DNA from: Pedosphaera sp. | GTDB taxonomy: Bacteria; Verrucomicrobiota; Verrucomicrobiia; Limisphaerales; SIBH01 | Assembly (NCBI GenBank): GCA_031414955.1 | Contig: JANOQV010000019.1 | Location: forward strand, 1-22,290 | Direction: 5' to 3' | Length of the DNA stretch: 22,290 nt | In this document: in pieces, positions 1 through 8,527 of the stretch | Layout: each line of letters opens with the position of its first letter | Numbering within the stretch: the first letter of the stretch is position 1 | Position numbers and translations under genes: made by a program | The notes under the pieces: model-generated | Databases searched by the model: none | What the model saw: only the letters and a program-made list of their open reading frames with translations | What the model was told of the DNA's origin: nothing

Positions 1-2
1 TG

Positions 3-293
3 GAGTGCAACGGGCAGGCGGTGAATGATCCGGCCTCGCCGCTCAATGGCACGAATGTGCGCGACTTGAACGGCGGTCAGGGCGGGGTGCCGCTCTTCCT
101 GCGCGGGGCCAATTTCAGCGGCGGCACGGGCGGGGCCGAGACGCATTCGCACGGGTTGCCACTGAACGTGAACGGCGGCACCGTCCAGCAGGGCGCGGAT
201 GTGACGGTATTTCCTCCGGGAAATTACACCAGCGATCCGGCCTCGAGCTTCCCGCCCTACGTGGACATGGTGTGGATCATCAAGGTCAAGTGA
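3..293 (+). CDS. 5'-truncated ORF, C-terminal part of a phage tail-collar / tail-fibre-like protein
   Basis: The frame is open from the window edge (ECNGQAVNDP...). Motifs ECNGQ, DLNG...FLRG, TGG.ETH.H and terminal PPY..MVWIIKVK resemble tail-collar-domain proteins. Stop TGA at 291-293. Confidence 0.6.
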   Translation, partial: ECNGQAVNDPASPLNGTNVRDLNGGQGGVPLFLRGANFSGGTGGAETHSHGLPLNVNGGTVQQGADVTVFPPGNYTSDPASSFPPYVDMVWIIKVK

Positions 294-447
294 GGCGGGG
301 TGGCGCTGGGCAGCCCTGAGCTTTCGCGGCGACGCTCCGTTGGCCGCAAAGCCAGCGAGGCGCTTTTTCTTCAGGGCCGGACAGGGTTGTTCTCGCCGTC
401 CCATTTTTGGGCTTTAGGTTCTGCGCCAATCAGCCGACAACAACTTC

Positions 448-1629
448 ATGCTAAAGAAATATCTTTCGGTTCTGGCGCTGGGGTTGAGCCTGCCCACAGC
501 GGGATACGCCCTGGGCATCCGCGTTTTCGACCATGATGCTTTTGCCACGGCGCGCGGCGATGCTTTCGTGGCGACGGCGGATAATCCGTCGGCCATTTAT
601 TACAACCCCGCCGGCATTACCCTGCTCGAAGGGCACAACGCGCGCGCGGCCGTCAGCTTGGTGGGCGTGAAGTCGGAGTATGACGGCGCGGCGGGGCTGG
701 ACGCGGAGACGGCTTCGGAATTCAACGCGTTGCCGAGTTTCTTCTACACCTACGGCCATTCCAATTCTCCGGTGTCGCTGGGCTTTGGCTATTACATGCC
801 GTTTGGTCTCGGGTTGAAATGGCCGGATAAAGGCCCGTTCCGGGCCGTGACCACGCATGGGGAATTGCAATATCACACCTTCAATCCGGTCCTGGCCTGG
901 AAGGTTCTCAAGTCGCTCTCGATCGCGGCTGGCCCGACCTTGAATTATGGCTCCACGGATTTGCGGCGCGGGATCGCGGCCCCGGGGGATCAGTTCCGGT
1001 TTACGGGTGATGACTGGGATTTCGGCGCGAACGCCGGCCTGCTCTGGCAGCCGTGGAAGAGGCATTCTTTCGGTCTGAGTTATCGCAGCGAGACGACGAT
1101 GAATTTCGAAGGCCAGAGCCGGGTGAAGCCTTATCCGGTGCCGACGCAAAAGGCGGCCACGGAGCTGACCTTCCCGCAGGTGGTGGTGGTGGGCTATTCC
1201 TTCCGCCCCACGCCGCAGTGGAACTTGGAAGTGGACCTGGACTGGACGGATTGGGATCGCGTGAACACGCCCGTGCTCAAGCAGGCCAGCGGCGATGTGG
1301 TGCTGCCCTTGCAGTGGGAATCCAGCGTGGCCATCGAGGCGGGTGTGACGCGCTACTTCGAGAACGGCCTGCACGTCAGCGGCGGTTACGTTTACATCCA
1401 GAATTCGGTGCCGGAAAAATCTTTCACTCCGATGGTGCCGGACGAGGACTTGCATGTGTTCAGTTTGGGAGTGGGCGGTCAGAACCAGCGTGTCACCTGG
1501 GATGCCACCTATCAGTTCACCTACGGCGCGGGCCGTGAGGTCTCGAGTTCGCTCTACGGCCCATCCGTGGCGGGAGACTACCAGTTCATGGCCCATGCCT
1601 TCAGCCTCTCGCTGGGGTATCGATTCTGA
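448..1629 (+). CDS. FadL/OmpP1/TodX-family outer-membrane beta-barrel (long-chain fatty acid / hydrophobic compound transport)
   Basis: 393 aa with signal peptide, family motif ARGDAFVATADNPSAIYYNPAG, PFGL, amphipathic strands and C-terminal YRF. Confidence 0.9.
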   Translation: MLKKYLSVLALGLSLPTAGYALGIRVFDHDAFATARGDAFVATADNPSAIYYNPAGITLLEGHNARAAVSLVGVKSEYDGAAGLDAETASEFNALPSFFYTYGHSNSPVSLGFGYYMPFGLGLKWPDKGPFRAVTTHGELQYHTFNPVLAWKVLKSLSIAAGPTLNYGSTDLRRGIAAPGDQFRFTGDDWDFGANAGLLWQPWKRHSFGLSYRSETTMNFEGQSRVKPYPVPTQKAATELTFPQVVVVGYSFRPTPQWNLEVDLDWTDWDRVNTPVLKQASGDVVLPLQWESSVAIEAGVTRYFENGLHVSGGYVYIQNSVPEKSFTPMVPDEDLHVFSLGVGGQNQRVTWDATYQFTYGAGREVSSSLYGPSVAGDYQFMAHAFSLSLGYRF

Positions 1630-1726
1630 AGCACCCGGTGGTTGGCCTTGCAATCGAAGTCGGGCAGGGCTTGAATCGCCCAGAGTTTGTGAAAGTGCGC
1701 CTGAAATCTCAGTTTACAGAATATCT

Positions 1727-3007
1727 ATGCTAGCTCCAGCCCTGCCTGTGGACGCTCTGGATCGAGCCTTCCCGCATCCCAATTCCGCGCCCAAGCCGGC
1801 CCGTCGTCGCACCTTGCTGGTGGTGGATGATGAGGAAGGCCCGCGCCAGTCTTTGCGGGTCGTGTTCAAGAATGAGTACGACATGCTGCTCGCCACCGAT
1901 GGCGCGATGGCCATCGGCCTGGCCCAACAACAAAAGATCGATGTCGCCATCCTGGACATCCGCATGGTCGGCATGAACGGCATCGAGGTGTTGCAGGGGT
2001 TGAAGGCGGTCGATCCGCACATCGAGATCATCATGCTCACGGCCTATGAGACGATTGACACGGTCCGGCAGGCGCTGCGCCTGGGGGCTTGCGATTATCT
2101 GAACAAGCCCTTCGACCTCCCGGCCATCCGCACCGCCGTGGCCAACGCGATGGAGCGGCGCAGCCTCTCGGTCGAGATCAAGGCCAACTCGGAAAAGCTC
2201 CGGGATTTGCAGGACGAGCTGCAGAACCAGCGGCTTGAGGAGGCGCTCGTTCGTTCGCGCGGCGAGATTTACGCCAGCATCATTCATGACATCAACGGCC
2301 CGTTGACCATCATGTCGGGCTTCCTCCAACTCATCAACCAGCGGATCGGGGATGAGGAAAAAATCGAAGGTGCGGAACTGGAGAACGTAAAGGACCGCCT
2401 GCGCCGCATCACCAAGCAGGTCACCAACTGCATTGATATTTCCCGGCGCTATCTCAGTTTCCTCCGGGCCAATCCCGGCGAGACGATGCGCATCTCGGTC
2501 AATCAAAGTCTGGCGGACTTGAGTGACCTCATGCGGGTGCATCCGGCCGTGAAGCACAACGAACTGGTGCTCACTCCCCTGGCGGATGATGTGATGATGC
2601 AGATAAACGGCACGGATCTGATCCAGATGATTCGCAATCTCGCGGTCAACGCGCTGCAATGCACCGCCGCGTCCCATCGGGTCGAGGTTCGTGGCCGGCT
2701 CCTCCACGAGCCGGTCCAGACTGCGCTCCTGCACGATGGTCCCGAGGAACGTTTCGTGAACCGGGATAGTTTTCTCAACACCGCGCCGCTGCTGGCACTC
2801 TGTGTCGAGGACAACGGGGCCGGAATTGCGCCTGAGCACATGAAGAAAATTTTCGCCCAATCCTTTACCACTCAGGAAACCGGCGAAGGCACCGGCTTGG
2901 GACTCTCCATCGTGCAACGGCTGGTCACTCGTTCCAAGGGGGCCATTCATGTGCGAACCAAGGTGGGCCAAGGCACCACTTTCACCATCTTTCTTCCGTT
3001 GGGCTGA
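1727..3007 (+). CDS. Cytoplasmic hybrid response regulator / histidine kinase (REC-HisKA-HATPase)
   Basis: REC motifs LVVDDE, ILDIRM, LTA, KP; H-box IIHDINGPL; N-box NLAVNALQ; DNGAGI; GTGLGLSIV. Start set at ATG 1727 because the ORF-track start at 1454 overlaps the FadL gene. Confidence 0.9.
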   Translation: MLAPALPVDALDRAFPHPNSAPKPARRRTLLVVDDEEGPRQSLRVVFKNEYDMLLATDGAMAIGLAQQQKIDVAILDIRMVGMNGIEVLQGLKAVDPHIEIIMLTAYETIDTVRQALRLGACDYLNKPFDLPAIRTAVANAMERRSLSVEIKANSEKLRDLQDELQNQRLEEALVRSRGEIYASIIHDINGPLTIMSGFLQLINQRIGDEEKIEGAELENVKDRLRRITKQVTNCIDISRRYLSFLRANPGETMRISVNQSLADLSDLMRVHPAVKHNELVLTPLADDVMMQINGTDLIQMIRNLAVNALQCTAASHRVEVRGRLLHEPVQTALLHDGPEERFVNRDSFLNTAPLLALCVEDNGAGIAPEHMKKIFAQSFTTQETGEGTGLGLSIVQRLVTRSKGAIHVRTKVGQGTTFTIFLPLG

Positions 3008-3159
3008 GGCTTGGGAACGCGGAAAAGGTCGGTCGGTTTTTGTTGGATCGTGTCTCTCTCTCCGAGGGCCTGTAGGCCGTTCATCACCGGGCTCGATTCT
3101 TTGGTCGTTCATCCCGGGCCGGCCCCGTTTCGCAAATCAACTTTGAATCCCCAACAAAT

Positions 3160-4158
3160 TCAGCCCGTGCTCGTGGGCTTGCGGCGCTGCCGCCAGGCTT
3201 CGATCTGAATCAACCCATTGGCTGCGGTGATCAGGCCGCCGCCGATGACCATTTGCCGGGTGAGTTGTTCATTGGCGTAGTCGATGGCGGCAAAATACGA
3301 GAGCCAGCCGGGCAGAAAACCGGCCAGCAGCGAGGCGAAGATCGGTTCCGCGCAATAGATCAGTCCGGCCTCGGTTGCGCTCACGTGGGGTTGCCAGAAA
3401 TTCATGAGCGAGTAGGCACCGAGGGTGCAGGCGACGATCAGCGCGCCGGCCAGAGCCAACGCCGCCGGGGATTGATAGGCGGCGAGGATGGCGCCGGGGC
3501 TGGGCGCGGTAAGCAGCACGACGGGGGCGATGATCACAGCGATGGTTCCAAACATCACCACGGTGAAATTACCAACGCGATTGCCGGCATAGCCGGGGCG
3601 CTCCAGCCAGAGGATTTGCCCGGTGAAGAAAATGGTCGCGAGCAAAGTCTCCGCCTCGCCCCGGCCCAGTTTGAGCCCGCGGCCGTTGAAACCGGAGAGA
3701 ATGGCCACGCCGATCAGCACCATCAGAATGCTGAGGATGACGACCGGCCCCGGCAGGGCGCGCTGCCGCAGCGCGACCCACAATGGAATGAGCAGGCAGG
3801 TGAACTGGGTGAGAAAGGCAGAAGTCGAGGCCGGCGTGTGCCCCAGCCCGTCCATCTGGAACAGGATGCCCAGCCCGCCGAACACGCCCAACCCGAGACC
3901 CTGCGCAAATTCCGCCCGGGTCAATTGCCGCAATGGTTGCAAGGAGCAGAGCGCGATGATGATTCCCGCCACCCCAAACCGCACGACGGTGGCGATGGAG
4001 GCGAGGAAAAGTGGGGGGCTCGGAACCAACTTTTCCTGGGCCAGCCAAAGCGCCTTCACGCAGGGGAAGCTGATGCTCCACAGGGCCGTGGCGACGACCA
4101 GCCAGAGGCAGGCGCGGAGGTGCCGGGAGGGATCGCGGGCGCGGAGTTCCTGGCTCAT
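3160..4158 (-). CDS. EamA/DMT-family membrane transporter
   Basis: 332 aa, about 10 hydrophobic helices in two repeats (LWSISFPCVK, RF, SAFL, EPIFA). ATGA overlap with the rnc stop. Confidence 0.88.
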   Translation of the reverse strand: MSQELRARDPSRHLRACLWLVVATALWSISFPCVKALWLAQEKLVPSPPLFLASIATVVRFGVAGIIIALCSLQPLRQLTRAEFAQGLGLGVFGGLGILFQMDGLGHTPASTSAFLTQFTCLLIPLWVALRQRALPGPVVILSILMVLIGVAILSGFNGRGLKLGRGEAETLLATIFFTGQILWLERPGYAGNRVGNFTVVMFGTIAVIIAPVVLLTAPSPGAILAAYQSPAALALAGALIVACTLGAYSLMNFWQPHVSATEAGLIYCAEPIFASLLAGFLPGWLSYFAAIDYANEQLTRQMVIGGGLITAANGLIQIEAWRQRRKPTSTG

Positions 4159-4880
4159 GCCGGGGCGTTCGGATCCAGGGGCGGAGTGGTGTTACGCAGG
4201 ATCAGAAGCGCGGCGAGCGCGGCGTCGCTCTCGGCGGCGCGCTTGCTTTTGCCGCGCCCCCGGGCCAGTTCGTGGCCTTCATGATAGACCGCGCACTCGA
4301 AATGGCGGTCGTGATCCGGGCCGCTGGCCTCGATCAGTTCATAACGCGGCGCTTGGTTGGATTTCGCCTGGAGCATCTCCTGCAACTCGCCCTTGGGATT
4401 GCTCAGGTTGGGCAGCGCGCAGAATTCACCGAAGGATTCACGGAAGCAGCGCAGCACGAACTGGCTCGCGGCCTCGTATCCGCCATCCAGATAAATGGCT
4501 CCGGTCACAGCCTCGTAGGCGTCCCCCAGGGCGGAGGGCCGTTCGTGACCGCCGTGGCCCAACTCGCCCCTGCTCATGATCAGAAACTCGCCAAGCCCCA
4601 GGGCGCGGCTTTGTTCGGCCAGCGTGCGCTGATTGACGAGCTGGGCGCGCGCCTTGGTCAGCGGACCTTCGCCAAAATCCGGGAAGCGGTTGTAAAGCTC
4701 GCGCGTGATGGCCAGTCCGAGCACCGCGTCACCGAGGAATTCCAGCCGCTGATTGTGGGGCAGAGTGACCTCCGATTCGTGCGCGATGGACGGGTGGGTG
4801 AGCGCGAGGCGCAGCAAGCCCGGATCGTGGAAGGTGTAACCAAGCCTGACTTCGAGCGGGCTGAAATCGGTCTCGGTCAC
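4155..4880 (-). CDS. rnc: Ribonuclease III
   Basis: Signature NQRLEFLGDAVL, DAYEAVTGAIYLD and C-terminal dsRBD (NPKGELQE...GPDH...GKSKRAAE). GTG start. Confidence 0.97.
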   Translation of the reverse strand: MTETDFSPLEVRLGYTFHDPGLLRLALTHPSIAHESEVTLPHNQRLEFLGDAVLGLAITRELYNRFPDFGEGPLTKARAQLVNQRTLAEQSRALGLGEFLIMSRGELGHGGHERPSALGDAYEAVTGAIYLDGGYEAASQFVLRCFRESFGEFCALPNLSNPKGELQEMLQAKSNQAPRYELIEASGPDHDRHFECAVYHEGHELARGRGKSKRAAESDAALAALLILRNTTPPLDPNAPA

Positions 4881-4883
4881 AGC

Positions 4884-5474
4884 TCAATTCAAGGTGGCAG
4901 CGGCGGGGGCTTCCGCAACGATCACGGAGTCCGCCCTCGGCGCATCCGGCGCGGGCACCGCAGCGTCGGAGGGCAATCCATGTTCCAGCAACTGCCCCAC
5001 GTCCCGCTGCACTTCCTCGAGCTGATTCAGTTGCAAGTCCGGATCGGGAATGGTGAACACATCGCCCGTCTTGGGCTGCTCGTAGACGAAGATGCGTTTG
5101 CCCTCGACCCGAACCTGTTCCTTGACCTTGAGGATGCGCTTGCGCTCCAGCATCACAGCCAGAATGTAGCTGGCGGCGGCATGTTTCGGATCATTTAGCT
5201 CGATGAGCTTGCGCAGCAGAGTTTCGGCATTCTCCTTTTTAATGACTTCGATGACCGGTGGCGGCGCTTCGTACTGGCCGTGCCAGCAGGAGATGAAGCC
5301 CTTGCGGTCGCGAGACTCGCTGAACTGCGCAGTCCAGCATTTCTGACAGAGGTCCGTGCGGAGAAAGTCGCGTTTCTCGTCGAACAGAATGGTGTGATAG
5401 ACCTGCCGGTCTGTGAAAGACTCCTGGCAGGACTGGCAAACGTGGCCGCGCGACTGGATGTTCCACTCGTTCAT
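4884..5474 (-). CDS. Hypothetical protein with two N-terminal CxxC pairs (possible zinc ribbon)
   Basis: 196 aa, CQSC and CQKC, protein-like composition, ends 3 nt before the rnc start. Confidence 0.8.
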   Translation of the reverse strand: MNEWNIQSRGHVCQSCQESFTDRQVYHTILFDEKRDFLRTDLCQKCWTAQFSESRDRKGFISCWHGQYEAPPPVIEVIKKENAETLLRKLIELNDPKHAAASYILAVMLERKRILKVKEQVRVEGKRIFVYEQPKTGDVFTIPDPDLQLNQLEEVQRDVGQLLEHGLPSDAAVPAPDAPRADSVIVAEAPAAATLN

Positions 5475-5483
5475 GTGGCGCGA

Positions 5484-5511
5484 ATTATCGCGGCGGAGCA
5501 GGGGAGTGCAA
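5484..5511 (-). promoter_or_regulatory. Putative sigma70-type promoter for the hypothetical-rnc-EamA operon
   Basis: Minus strand TTGCAC-16 nt-GATAAT, ending 9 nt before ATG 5474. Confidence 0.5.
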
Positions 5512-5569
5512 CGGGATTTTGGGCCGAGGGCGGAGGGGACTTGTCTCCGCTGCCAGGTTCAAATCATCA

Positions 5570-5745
5570 AATCAAGAAACCCGCCAACCCGGGCGGTTCA
5601 GCGGGCCGAGCGTGGCGCATTTTCCACCAGGCAGCGCCACTCTCCACGCAATCTGTGCTGACCTTCGGTCGGAGCCGAGGTCACAAACATCGCGTCAGGA
5701 TGCCTGGCTCAGAGTGGGAAAGTCAGGATGCCTGCGCGTTTCATG
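5570..5745 (-). ncRNA. Candidate structured non-coding RNA or cis-regulatory leader, family not identified
   Basis: Long imperfect hairpin 5647-5694, 7-bp stem 5612-5618/5634-5640, terminator-like hairpin 5580-5605 followed by TTTCTTGATTT on the minus strand, and an AT-rich -10-like patch near 5750-5760. Confidence 0.4.
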
Positions 5746-5805
5746 GTTCGATATTATTTTCTTCGCCCGGAGCCGACCGCGCCGTAGTTTCGCGCCCTCA
5801 TACTT

Positions 5806-6846
5806 ATGGCGAAGGCACACAATTACCGGTTTTGTTTTGGTCCGTGGAATCTGAGCGAAGGGCAGGATCCCTACGGTCCCACCACGCGGCGGGCGCAGAC
5901 GTTCGACTGGAAGCTCGCCCAACTGAAGAAGCACGGCTTCGAGGCCATGATGTTCCACGACGATGATGCCGTGCCGGACATCGACCTTAAGAGCGAGGCG
6001 CGGATTCGCAAGGAGGCGCGGGAGTTGAAGAAGCGGCTGGACGGCGAAGGCATCGCGGCGGAGATGGTCGCGCCGCGGTTGTGGTTCGCGCCGCAGACGG
6101 TTGATGGCGGCTACACGAGTAACGACCCGAAGCACCGCCAATACGCGATTGACCGTTCGTTGCGCAGTATCGACATCGCGAAAATCCTCGGCACGGACAT
6201 CCTGGTGCTCTGGCTGGCGCGCGAAGGGACTTACATCCGCGAGGCCAAGAACGGCCGGCGCAGCGTGGACCTGTTGGTGCAGGCGTTCGACAAGATGCTG
6301 GCGCACGACAAGCGCATCCGCCTCGCCATTGAGCCGAAGCCGAACGAGCCGATGGACCATGCCTACGTGCCGACCATCGGCCACGCGCTGGCCATCGCGC
6401 AGCTCACGCGCGATCCAAAGCGCGTCGGGGCCTTGATCGAATCCGCCCACGCCATCCTCGCCGGATTGGACCCTGCGGATGAAATCGATTTCGCCTGCGC
6501 CTTCGGCAAACTGTGGTCGTTGCACCTGAACGATCAGAACGGGTTGAAGTACGATCAGGATCGTCCCTTCGGCTGCACGAACCTGCGCAGTGCCTTCGAT
6601 CAGGTGCGCGCTTTGGAGCGCAACGGTTACGGCCAGAACGGGGAGTATGTGGGTTTCGACGTGCATCCCTTCCGCACGACGAAGGAGGAACATTGGATGG
6701 CGCATCTGGTGAATTCACGCCGCACCTTCCAGAAGCTGTTGGCCAAGGCGCGATCTTTCGACGAGAAAGCGGCGCAGAAGTTGGTCGCGGATCGGAATTA
6801 CCAGTCGCTCGACCAGATGGTCATCGAACATTTGATGGGGAAGTGA
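5806..6846 (+). CDS. Xylose isomerase-like TIM-barrel sugar isomerase (class I XylA-like, divergent active site)
   Basis: Motifs FCFGPW, DPYG, FHDDD, W..REG, EPKPNEP, E..H, YDQD, FD.HP.RT. Confidence 0.88.
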   Translation: MAKAHNYRFCFGPWNLSEGQDPYGPTTRRAQTFDWKLAQLKKHGFEAMMFHDDDAVPDIDLKSEARIRKEARELKKRLDGEGIAAEMVAPRLWFAPQTVDGGYTSNDPKHRQYAIDRSLRSIDIAKILGTDILVLWLAREGTYIREAKNGRRSVDLLVQAFDKMLAHDKRIRLAIEPKPNEPMDHAYVPTIGHALAIAQLTRDPKRVGALIESAHAILAGLDPADEIDFACAFGKLWSLHLNDQNGLKYDQDRPFGCTNLRSAFDQVRALERNGYGQNGEYVGFDVHPFRTTKEEHWMAHLVNSRRTFQKLLAKARSFDEKAAQKLVADRNYQSLDQMVIEHLMGK

Positions 6847-6868
6847 TCCGGGCCGTGAGCCGGAACCT

Positions 6869-7600
6869 TTAACCGCCCAGATACGCGCTCTTCACCTTGG
6901 GGTTCTGGCGCAAGGCCTCGGCGGTGTCTTGCAGAATGATGCGCCCGGTCTCCAGCACGTAGCCGTATTTGGAAATCTCCAGCGCGAGATTGGCGTTCTG
7001 TTCGACGAGGAGGATGGTGATGCCCTGCTCGCGGTTAATCTCCACGATCTTCTCGAAGATGGTTTTCACCAGCAGCGGCGCGATGCCAAGCGACGGCTCA
7101 TCCAGCATCAGGAACTTCGGCTTGCTCATGAGCGCGCGGGCGATGGCCAGCATTTGTTGCTCGCCGCCGGAGAGCGTGCCGGCAATCTGGCTCACGCGCT
7201 CCTTCAGACGCGGGAAGATGTTGAAGGCGTAATCAAGTTCCGGCGTGAAGTCATCATGGCGGAGGTAGGCGCCCATGCGCAGGTTTTCCATCACCGTCAG
7301 GTTGGCGAAAATCATGCGGCCTTCGGGAACGTGGGCCAGTCCGCGGGCGACCAGTTGGTGTGCTGGGAGGTTTGTGATGGTCGCACCTTCGTGGCGCACT
7401 TCGCCGCCAGCCGCCTTGGCCAAACCTGAGATGGCACGCAACGTCGTGGTCTTGCCCGCGCCATTTGCGCCAATCAATGTAACAATGTCGCCGCGTTGGA
7501 TGGAAAATGACACTTCGTGCAGGGCACCGATGACACCGTAGTTGACGGTGAGGTTCTTGACCTCCAGCACGGGCCCAGAGTTGGTGGCAGGGGAATTCAT
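6869..7600 (-). CDS. livF: Branched-chain amino acid ABC transporter ATPase
   Basis: Walker A GANGAGKTT, VPEGR.IF, LSGGEQQMLAIARALM, LDEPSLG, LVEQN. Confidence 0.95.
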   Translation of the reverse strand: MNSPATNSGPVLEVKNLTVNYGVIGALHEVSFSIQRGDIVTLIGANGAGKTTTLRAISGLAKAAGGEVRHEGATITNLPAHQLVARGLAHVPEGRMIFANLTVMENLRMGAYLRHDDFTPELDYAFNIFPRLKERVSQIAGTLSGGEQQMLAIARALMSKPKFLMLDEPSLGIAPLLVKTIFEKIVEINREQGITILLVEQNANLALEISKYGYVLETGRIILQDTAEALRQNPKVKSAYLGG

Positions 7601-8377
7601 CTACGCAGCTTTCGCGTCCCCGAGGTAGGCTTCGATCACTTTCGGATCGCGGCGAATTTCCTCCGGCGTGCCCTCTGCAATCTTCACTCCGTAGTCCAGC
7701 ACGGCGATGCGCTGGCAGATGCCCATGACGACCTGCATGTCGTGTTCGACGAGCAGCACGGCGATGCGGAACTTGTCCTTCACGAATTGGATCGTCTTCA
7801 TCAACTCGACCTTCTCCGTCGGGTTCATGCCGGCGGCCGGTTCGTCGAGCAGCAGCAGCTTGGGCTTGGTGGCGAGAGCGCGCACAATTTCCAACCGGCG
7901 CTGGTCGCCGTAGGGCAACCCCTTCGCGTCGGAGTGGCGGAAGCGTCCGAGCTTGAACACTTCGAGCAACTCCATCACCTGCGCCTCCACTTCGCGCTCG
8001 CCGTCACGGAAGCCGCGCCCGCGCCAGAGGGCGTTGATGATGCCCTGCGGCCGGTGGAGTTGCACGGCGGCGCGCACGTTGTCAAAGACGCTCATGCTGC
8101 AGAACAGGCGGATGTTCTGGAAAGTGCGGGCGATGCCGTGCTTGGTGAGTTGGTGCGGCTTCAACCCGCCGGTCGCGTGCGCGCCAAACTGAATGGCGCC
8201 GCTCGTCGGCTGGTAAACGCCGGTGATGAGATTGAACGCCGTGGTTTTCCCCGCGCCGTTCGGTCCGATGAGACCCACTAGTTCATCGCTCCCGATATTC
8301 AGGCTCAATTCCGACACCGCCGTCAGCCCACCGAAGCGGATGGTCACGGAGTCGAGTTGGAGAATCGGTGCGCTCAT
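7601..8377 (-). CDS. livG: Branched-chain amino acid ABC transporter ATPase
   Basis: FGGLTAV, GPNGAGKTT, GIARTFQNIRLF, LPYGDQRRLEI, LDEPAAG, VEHDM. Start set at ATG 8377; the upstream extension is translated repeat DNA. Confidence 0.95.
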   Translation of the reverse strand: MSAPILQLDSVTIRFGGLTAVSELSLNIGSDELVGLIGPNGAGKTTAFNLITGVYQPTSGAIQFGAHATGGLKPHQLTKHGIARTFQNIRLFCSMSVFDNVRAAVQLHRPQGIINALWRGRGFRDGEREVEAQVMELLEVFKLGRFRHSDAKGLPYGDQRRLEIVRALATKPKLLLLDEPAAGMNPTEKVELMKTIQFVKDKFRIAVLLVEHDMQVVMGICQRIAVLDYGVKIAEGTPEEIRRDPKVIEAYLGDAKAA

Positions 8378-8380
8378 TGG

Positions 8381-8527
8381 GAAAAAGCACCAAGCACCAA
8401 GCACCAAGTTCCAGATAAACACCAAGCACCGAAATCCAATTCCCAAGCATCTGCGCCCCAAGAATCGACCTGAAAGCCAGCAGCCCATTGGTGCTTGGTG
8501 TTTGGAGCTTGGAGCTTGGTGCTTTTC
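8381..8527. repeat. Heptamer tandem-repeat element with inverted arms, filling the livM-livG gap
   Basis: (AAGCACC)x3 at 8385-8405 plus degenerate copies; five complementary units GGTGCTT/GGTGTTT/GGAGCTT at 8490-8524; ends GAAAAAGCACCAAGC and GCTTGGTGCTTTTC. Confidence 0.9.

Noticed and set aside
310..380. GGCCGCAAAGCC within a hairpin upstream of the FadL gene, resembling a c-di-GMP-I riboswitch junction
   Set aside because: The upstream GCAAAC stem with GNRA loop and the downstream receptor stem are not visible; a plain hairpin or terminator is more likely.
5630..5740. Cobalamin-riboswitch-like words (GCCAC, GGGAA, AGTCAGGATGCCTG) on the plus strand
   Set aside because: Order and spacing do not match the B12 box, core elements are missing, and the downstream gene is not B12-related.
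8378..8488. N-terminal extension of LivG (and similar extensions of the kinase, LivM, LivK, PF14100-like and GxxExxY ORFs)
   Set aside because: The extensions translate repeats, intergenic DNA or neighbouring genes; downstream ATGs match the family N-termini.
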